Below are positions 59,484 to 64,000 of a stretch of DNA of 64,000 bases, in pieces. A model generated the notes under the pieces. The model was not told where the DNA came from. It made no database searches and saw nothing but the letters and a program-made list of their open reading frames with translations. Position 1 is the first letter of the stretch, and the number at the start of each line of letters is the position of its first letter. A program made the translations under genes and the position numbers. This DNA is from a bacterium (GTDB lineage Bacteria; Krumholzibacteriota; Krumholzibacteriia; G020349025), in contig JANLSU010000120.1 in the NCBI GenBank assembly GCA_031362565.1, forward strand, positions 32,001 through 96,000. The letters run 5' to 3'.

Positions 59484-60565
59484 CGACGCGCAAAAACTGG
59501 GCACCCGGTGACTTGCAAGCAGAGTTCGCGGTCTTGCGGGCGCGCGAGCCGCGGATCCGGCCGTATGACGCCGCGCGGACCTTGCAGACGAGCGAAGCAG
59601 AGTTGGTAGCCAGCGGGTGTGGGAGTTCGGCGACACGCTTGCGCCCGGAGTGGACGACCCTGTTGCCGGAGATGGAATCGCTCGGTGAGGTCATGGGGCT
59701 GACTCGCAACGAATGGGCCGTGATCGAGAAGCATGGACGCTACCGCAACGTCGAGCTGGGAGCGCACGCCGGAACCGTGTTGGACGAGGGGCTCGACTTG
59801 CGTGTCTTCCCGTCGCAGTGGACGTTTGCGTACGCGGTGCAGGACGGCGCGCGCCGCAGCATTCAAGTATTCGACCGGCATGGGGTCGCCGTGCACAAGA
59901 CCTTCCTGCTGGAGAACAGCGGCGCCGAGGCATACGGCCGCCTGGTGGCAAAATATGCCGCCGTGGATAGATCAATGCAGCCGGAAGTCGTGCCCCTGCC
60001 GGCCCCACAACCCGGCAAGAGCGACTCCGAAGTGAATGTCGTCGAATTACGGCACCGCTGGTCGCAGCTTCGCGACACGCACGAATTCTTCCGTCTGCTG
60101 CGCGAACTTCAGGTCGAGCGCATTCGGGCGCTGCGTCTGGTCGGCGCGGACTGGGCGCGGCCCGTGCAGCGCCTGACGCTGCGCGAAGTGTTGGAATGGG
60201 CCGTTTCGACCCGCTTCCCGGTCATGGTGTTCGTCGCCAACCCCGGCAACATCCAAATCCATACGGGGCCGGTCGAGAATTTGAAACAGGCCGGGGAGTG
60301 GTTCAATGTTCTCGACCGCGGCTTCAACCTGCACATTCATGAGGTGGGGATCGATTCTGCGTGGGTGGTGCGCAAGCCGACATCCGACGGAGTCGTGACC
60401 AGCCTAGAGTTGTACGCCGCCGATGGAACAGGAATCGTATCGTTGTTCAGCAAGCGGAAGCCGGGCCAAGTCGAGTCCACGGAGTGGCGGACGGCGCTCG
60501 CGGCACAGTCTCTCGATGTTGGAGCTCGCGATCGACGGCGTGCGGCGCCAGAGAGCGAGGATTGA
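59480..60565 (+). CDS. hmuS: Hemin-degrading/transport factor HmuS/ChuS
   Basis: 'SEAELV', 'LTRNEWAVIEKHG.Y', 'LDLRVF', 'RSIQVFD..G.AVHK', 'DTHEFF', 'IQIHTGPV', 'VRKPTSDG.VTSLE'. Confidence 0.92.
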   Translation: MTTRKNWAPGDLQAEFAVLRAREPRIRPYDAARTLQTSEAELVASGCGSSATRLRPEWTTLLPEMESLGEVMGLTRNEWAVIEKHGRYRNVELGAHAGTVLDEGLDLRVFPSQWTFAYAVQDGARRSIQVFDRHGVAVHKTFLLENSGAEAYGRLVAKYAAVDRSMQPEVVPLPAPQPGKSDSEVNVVELRHRWSQLRDTHEFFRLLRELQVERIRALRLVGADWARPVQRLTLREVLEWAVSTRFPVMVFVANPGNIQIHTGPVENLKQAGEWFNVLDRGFNLHIHEVGIDSAWVVRKPTSDGVVTSLELYAADGTGIVSLFSKRKPGQVESTEWRTALAAQSLDVGARDRRRAAPESED

Positions 60566-60599
60566 CGAGCTCTATCTGAGAACCGGAGTGCGGCTTGGT

Positions 60600-60869
60600 C
60601 GCCGCCTCGAAGCACAGCGCCGCCTCGTATTTGCCGGCGCGGAGCGTCTGCAACAGCCATTCCGTGTACCGGCGGCGTTCATGGTTCGGATTGGGGCACG
60701 CCAGACGGACCGCGCAGTGCCGCGAATGCAGGCCCTCGGCGCGCGGCTTGTGCGAGGCGCCGGTGACATGCAGACCGCGGCGGCCAAGGCTGCGAATCGC
60801 GGCCAGCGCGTGACAGTACTGCGCATCGAGCACCAAGACGCGCGGCGCGTTGCCTCGGAAAGCGGACAT
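60600..60869 (-). pseudogene. N-terminal fragment of an ATP-grasp (carboxylate-amine ligase-like) protein
   Basis: 'RVLVLDAQ..HALAAIRSLGRRG..V...SRHC......P.P' pre-ATP-grasp domain. The ATP-grasp fold is absent and the frame runs into hmuS on the opposite strand. Confidence 0.6.
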
Positions 60870-60998
60870 TCGACCCTCCAGAGTCTTCGGCTCTTGGAGA
60901 GTGCAAACGGCGGTCCAGAGATCGCATGGAGGGAGCGGCATCCGCCTTGGCGCGCAGGGCGGCGAACAGCGTACGGAAACGCCGCACGTCCATCAGTC

Positions 60999-61604
60999 TC
61001 AGCGCGGTTGGTCGCGCTCACGGACGAGCCGCAGCTCGAGATGCCGGCGCACGTCGGGCCACTCGCTCGCCAGAATGCTGTAGATCACCGTGTCGCGGAT
61101 CGTGCCGTCACGGCGTGGGTGATGATGGCGAATCACCCCATCTTTTTTGGCGCCTAAGGCCTCGATGGCGCGCTGCGAGGCAAAATTGAAGTTGTCGGTA
61201 CGTAATCCTACGACCCCACACCCCACCGTGTCGAACGCGTGTTCGAGAAGCAACAACTTGCAGGCCGTGTTGACGTAGGAGCGTTGCCAACTCTTGGCGT
61301 ACCACGTGTAGCCAATCTCGACGCGATCGGCGCCGGGCAGGATGTCGTGGTAACGCGTGCTGCCGACAATGGCGCCGCTCGTCAGCTCGCGCACCGCCCA
61401 GGGCAACATGTGGCCGTCCTTTTGACCCGCGAGTGCGTCGGCGATATATTTCGGCGTCTGTTCGGGTTCCGGCACGAAGGTGAACCAGAGTTGCCAGAGC
61501 TTGCCGTCGGCGGCGGCGGCGGCCAGGCCGGCTTGATGTTCGGGCGTCAGGGGCTCCAACCGGACGCGGCGGCCCTCGAGCGCGGTCGGACGAAGTTCGA
61601 TCAC
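60999..61604 (-). CDS. GNAT (RimJ/RimL-type) N-acetyltransferase
   Basis: GTG start with GAGGAGG. 'LEGRRVRLEPL', 'VGSTRY', 'EIGYTWY', 'NTACKLLLLEHAF', 'SQRAIEALGA..DG', 'RDTVIYSI'. Confidence 0.92.
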   Translation of the reverse strand: MIELRPTALEGRRVRLEPLTPEHQAGLAAAAADGKLWQLWFTFVPEPEQTPKYIADALAGQKDGHMLPWAVRELTSGAIVGSTRYHDILPGADRVEIGYTWYAKSWQRSYVNTACKLLLLEHAFDTVGCGVVGLRTDNFNFASQRAIEALGAKKDGVIRHHHPRRDGTIRDTVIYSILASEWPDVRRHLELRLVRERDQPR

Positions 61605-61784
61605 TTGCTGCCTCCTCTTCCTTCGCCGCCCGCCCATTGGACGACGCGATCCGTGGACTCGAGAGTCTCGACCGGCGAGTCTGCTATCGTACCGAAGCAC
61701 CCAACGCCGGTGAAGCCCTCTTGGGGTTCCTGGGAATACCATTCCGTGTTGGTGCGTACATCCCTGGTGGAGAGGGAGGCGATC

Positions 61785-64000
61785 TTGAGGCGAGCGTTCT
61801 ATATCGGGGTCGCGCTGTTGACTCTCGCGTGCACCCCTGCCCTTGCCGGAACGCGCGATGCGCAATGGGCGCAAGTCCGCGAAGCGATCCGCAAAGGGTT
61901 GCCCAAGTCGGCCATCGCAGCGCTCGACCCCATCATTGCCGGCGCGGTGCGGGACAAGGCCTACCCCGAAGCGATCAAAGCCATCGGGATGCGGAACGCC
62001 CAGCAAGGCAACATCGAGGGCGGCAAGGCGGAAGAGAGAATCGTCCGCCTGCAAGCCGAGATCGGCACCTACCCCAACGAAATGCGGCCGGTACTGGAGG
62101 CGATTCTGGCGCACCAGTACTGGCAGTACTTCCAGCAGAATCGCTGGCGGTTCCAGCAACGCACCCCGGGAACCGAGACCTTGGACTCGGACATGCAGAC
62201 CTGGGATTTGTCGCGCATTCTCGCCGCGGTCGACGCACATTTCACCAAGGCGTTGGCGGACGCGAAGACTCTGAAGTCGACGCCGGTCGCCGCCTACGAT
62301 TCCCTCCTCGTCAAAGGCAACGTGCCGGACGCGTACCGGCCGACGCTGTTCGATTTTCTGGCGCACGAGGCACTGCTCTTCTATGTGGCCGGCGAGCAAG
62401 GCGTGGCCGCGCCCGAGGACGCGTTCGAGTTGGCGGCCGACGGCCCCATTTTTGCGCCGGCCCAGCAGTTCTTGAAATGGCGGCCGGACACCACGGATGA
62501 GAATTCGCCGGCGCTGAAGGCCGTCCGCCTCTACCAGACGCTGCTCGCATTCCACCAAAACGATGACGACCGGAGCGCCTGGCTCGATGTCGACCTCGAG
62601 CGGTTGGTGTTCGGTCACAACAAAGCCGCGGGCGAAGACAAGAACGATCGTTACAAGGCGGCTCTGAAACGCTTCGCGGACGAAAGCGCTTCGCACGTGA
62701 TCGCGGCGCGGGCGTTGGCCCAGTGGGCCCGCATGCTGCACGAAGAAGGCAACGAACTCGAAGCGCATCGCGTCGCGCAACGTGGCTTCGACGCATTTCC
62801 CAAGAGCGCCGGCGGCACGCTGTGTTTCAACCTCCTCCAGGAGATCGAAACGCCGTCGGTTCACATCCAGACCGAACGCGTATGGAACGAGCCTCGTGCG
62901 AACATCGAGGTGACGTACCGCAATGTCACGCAGGTCTTTTTCCGCGCCGTTCCCTACGATTTCCAGTCGTACCTGAAATCCCAACGCTGGTTGTACAATT
63001 ACGATGATGCGTTCCGGCGCGAGCTGTTACGCCGCACGCCCGTGCGGGAGTGGAACGCGCGCCTCCCGGCGGCACTCGATTATCGGTCGCGCACCGAGCA
63101 GCTGCCGGCGCCGGCGGGTCTGAAGCCGGGGTACTACTTCATCGTTGCGAGTCATGATCCATCCTTCGGCGCCAAGGAAAATCGCGTCAGCGTCGCCGCC
63201 GTGTGGGTCAGCGACCTCGCCTTGGTCGTCCGCCAGCGCGGCGTCGACGGGACCGTCGAAGGATTCGTGCTCGATGCAACTAGCGGCGAGCCCCTGCCCG
63301 GCGCGACCGTTCAGGCCTGGGGGCGCGACAGCAAGGGCTGGAGCCAACCGGGTGAACGTGTGTCGACGAACCGCAACGGACTTTTCCGGCTGACCCGCAA
63401 CATGAGCAGTGGACAACTGCTCGTCGCAACGCATGGCACTCAGCAACTCGCCAACAGCAACGATGTCGCCGGGAGCCGGCACGAAATAGAGGCGGCGGGC
63501 GACCGCACCGTCTTCTTCACCGACCGGTCGCTTTACCGCCCCGGGCAGACGATCTACTACAAAGGCATCCGCGTCTATTTCGATCCGTCCAAGAACGACT
63601 ATCGAACCCTGGGGCGCGATCCGGTCACCGTCACCTTCAGCGACCCCAACGGCAAGGAAATCGCCCACGCGACGCACCGCTGCAATGACTACGGTTCGTT
63701 CGACGGCACGTTCACGGCGCCGCGCGGCGGCTTGTTGGGATCCATGCAGATTCAGGGTCCGAACGGCGCGGCGTCGTTCAACGTCGAGGAGTACAAACGC
63801 CCCAAGTTCCAGGTCGAACTCGCGGCTCCGAAGGAAGCGGCCAAACTCACCGCCAAGGTCGTCGTGACCGGCAAAGCCACTGCCTATACCGGCGCGGCCA
63901 TCGGCGGGGCCAAAGTGCAATGGCGCGTCGCACGGCAAGTGCGGTACCCGGCCTGGTGTTGGTGGGGTGGCTGGGGTGGGCGAGGCCAACAGGCCCAAGC
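61785..64000 (+). CDS. Bacterial alpha-2-macroglobulin family protein (MG2 domain), partial, runs off the window
   Basis: TTG start with GGGAGG. My translation: MRRAFYIGVALLTLACTPALAGTRDAQWAQV...GLPKSA..., 'FFTDRSLYRPGQTIYYKGI', 'NDYGSFDGTF', 'FNVEEYKRPKFQV'. Not in the ORF track, presumably because no stop lies in the window. Confidence 0.9.
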   Translation, partial: MRRAFYIGVALLTLACTPALAGTRDAQWAQVREAIRKGLPKSAIAALDPIIAGAVRDKAYPEAIKAIGMRNAQQGNIEGGKAEERIVRLQAEIGTYPNEMRPVLEAILAHQYWQYFQQNRWRFQQRTPGTETLDSDMQTWDLSRILAAVDAHFTKALADAKTLKSTPVAAYDSLLVKGNVPDAYRPTLFDFLAHEALLFYVAGEQGVAAPEDAFELAADGPIFAPAQQFLKWRPDTTDENSPALKAVRLYQTLLAFHQNDDDRSAWLDVDLERLVFGHNKAAGEDKNDRYKAALKRFADESASHVIAARALAQWARMLHEEGNELEAHRVAQRGFDAFPKSAGGTLCFNLLQEIETPSVHIQTERVWNEPRANIEVTYRNVTQVFFRAVPYDFQSYLKSQRWLYNYDDAFRRELLRRTPVREWNARLPAALDYRSRTEQLPAPAGLKPGYYFIVASHDPSFGAKENRVSVAAVWVSDLALVVRQRGVDGTVEGFVLDATSGEPLPGATVQAWGRDSKGWSQPGERVSTNRNGLFRLTRNMSSGQLLVATHGTQQLANSNDVAGSRHEIEAAGDRTVFFTDRSLYRPGQTIYYKGIRVYFDPSKNDYRTLGRDPVTVTFSDPNGKEIAHATHRCNDYGSFDGTFTAPRGGLLGSMQIQGPNGAASFNVEEYKRPKFQVELAAPKEAAKLTAKVVVTGKATAYTGAAIGGAKVQWRVARQVRYPAWCWWGGWGGRGQQAQ

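Noticed and set aside
61605..62984. Apparent 661-aa GNAT with long N-terminal extension
   Set aside because: The extension is the antisense shadow of the alpha-2-macroglobulin gene. The true start is GTG 61604 with a good RBS.
1..64000. CRISPR arrays, prophage, IS elements, retrons or known anti-phage defence genes
   Set aside because: No regularly spaced repeats, integrase, transposase, reverse transcriptase or nuclease motifs were recognised by eye.

Overview
GC-rich bacterial chromosomal window with no rRNA, tRNA, CRISPR array or intact mobile element. A FlgD-Ig/T9SS-like C-terminal domain and a recurrent C-terminal 'W-x-x-[IV]-K-x-L-Y' tail suggest an FCB-group candidate phylum such as Latescibacterota, Krumholzibacteriota or Eisenbacteria (inference only). 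Contents, in order: a large secreted beta-propeller/repeat protein; an operon of HlyD-like adaptor, VTC polyphosphate-polymerase domain, DUF4956 and two SdiA-regulated/YjiK-like proteins, preceded by a Pho-box-like promoter; a CoA-dehydratase activase pair; a radical SAM protein; a CHRD protein; glutamate dehydrogenase; a GT2/GT87-GT2/DUF547 glycosylation cluster; TerC; three exported peptidases (tricorn S41, trypsin-like, prolyl oligopeptidase); a two-component cluster; a cyclic beta-1,2-glucan synthase beside a general-stress-like neighbourhood with recurring TGTCAT boxes; a Fur-box-preceded hmuV remnant and hmuS; a GNAT; and the 5' part of an alpha-2-macroglobulin. Main leads: (1) the putatively Pho-regulated VTC/DUF4956/HlyD/YjiK system, (2) a shared short C-terminal sorting-like motif on three unrelated secreted proteins, (3) a repeat domain I cannot assign in the first gene, (4) a candidate OmpR-type regulon around the glucan synthase, (5) a structured promoter-linked intergenic RNA candidate, (6) about six cleanly truncated gene remnants. 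All assignments come from motif recognition by eye; no database searches were run.
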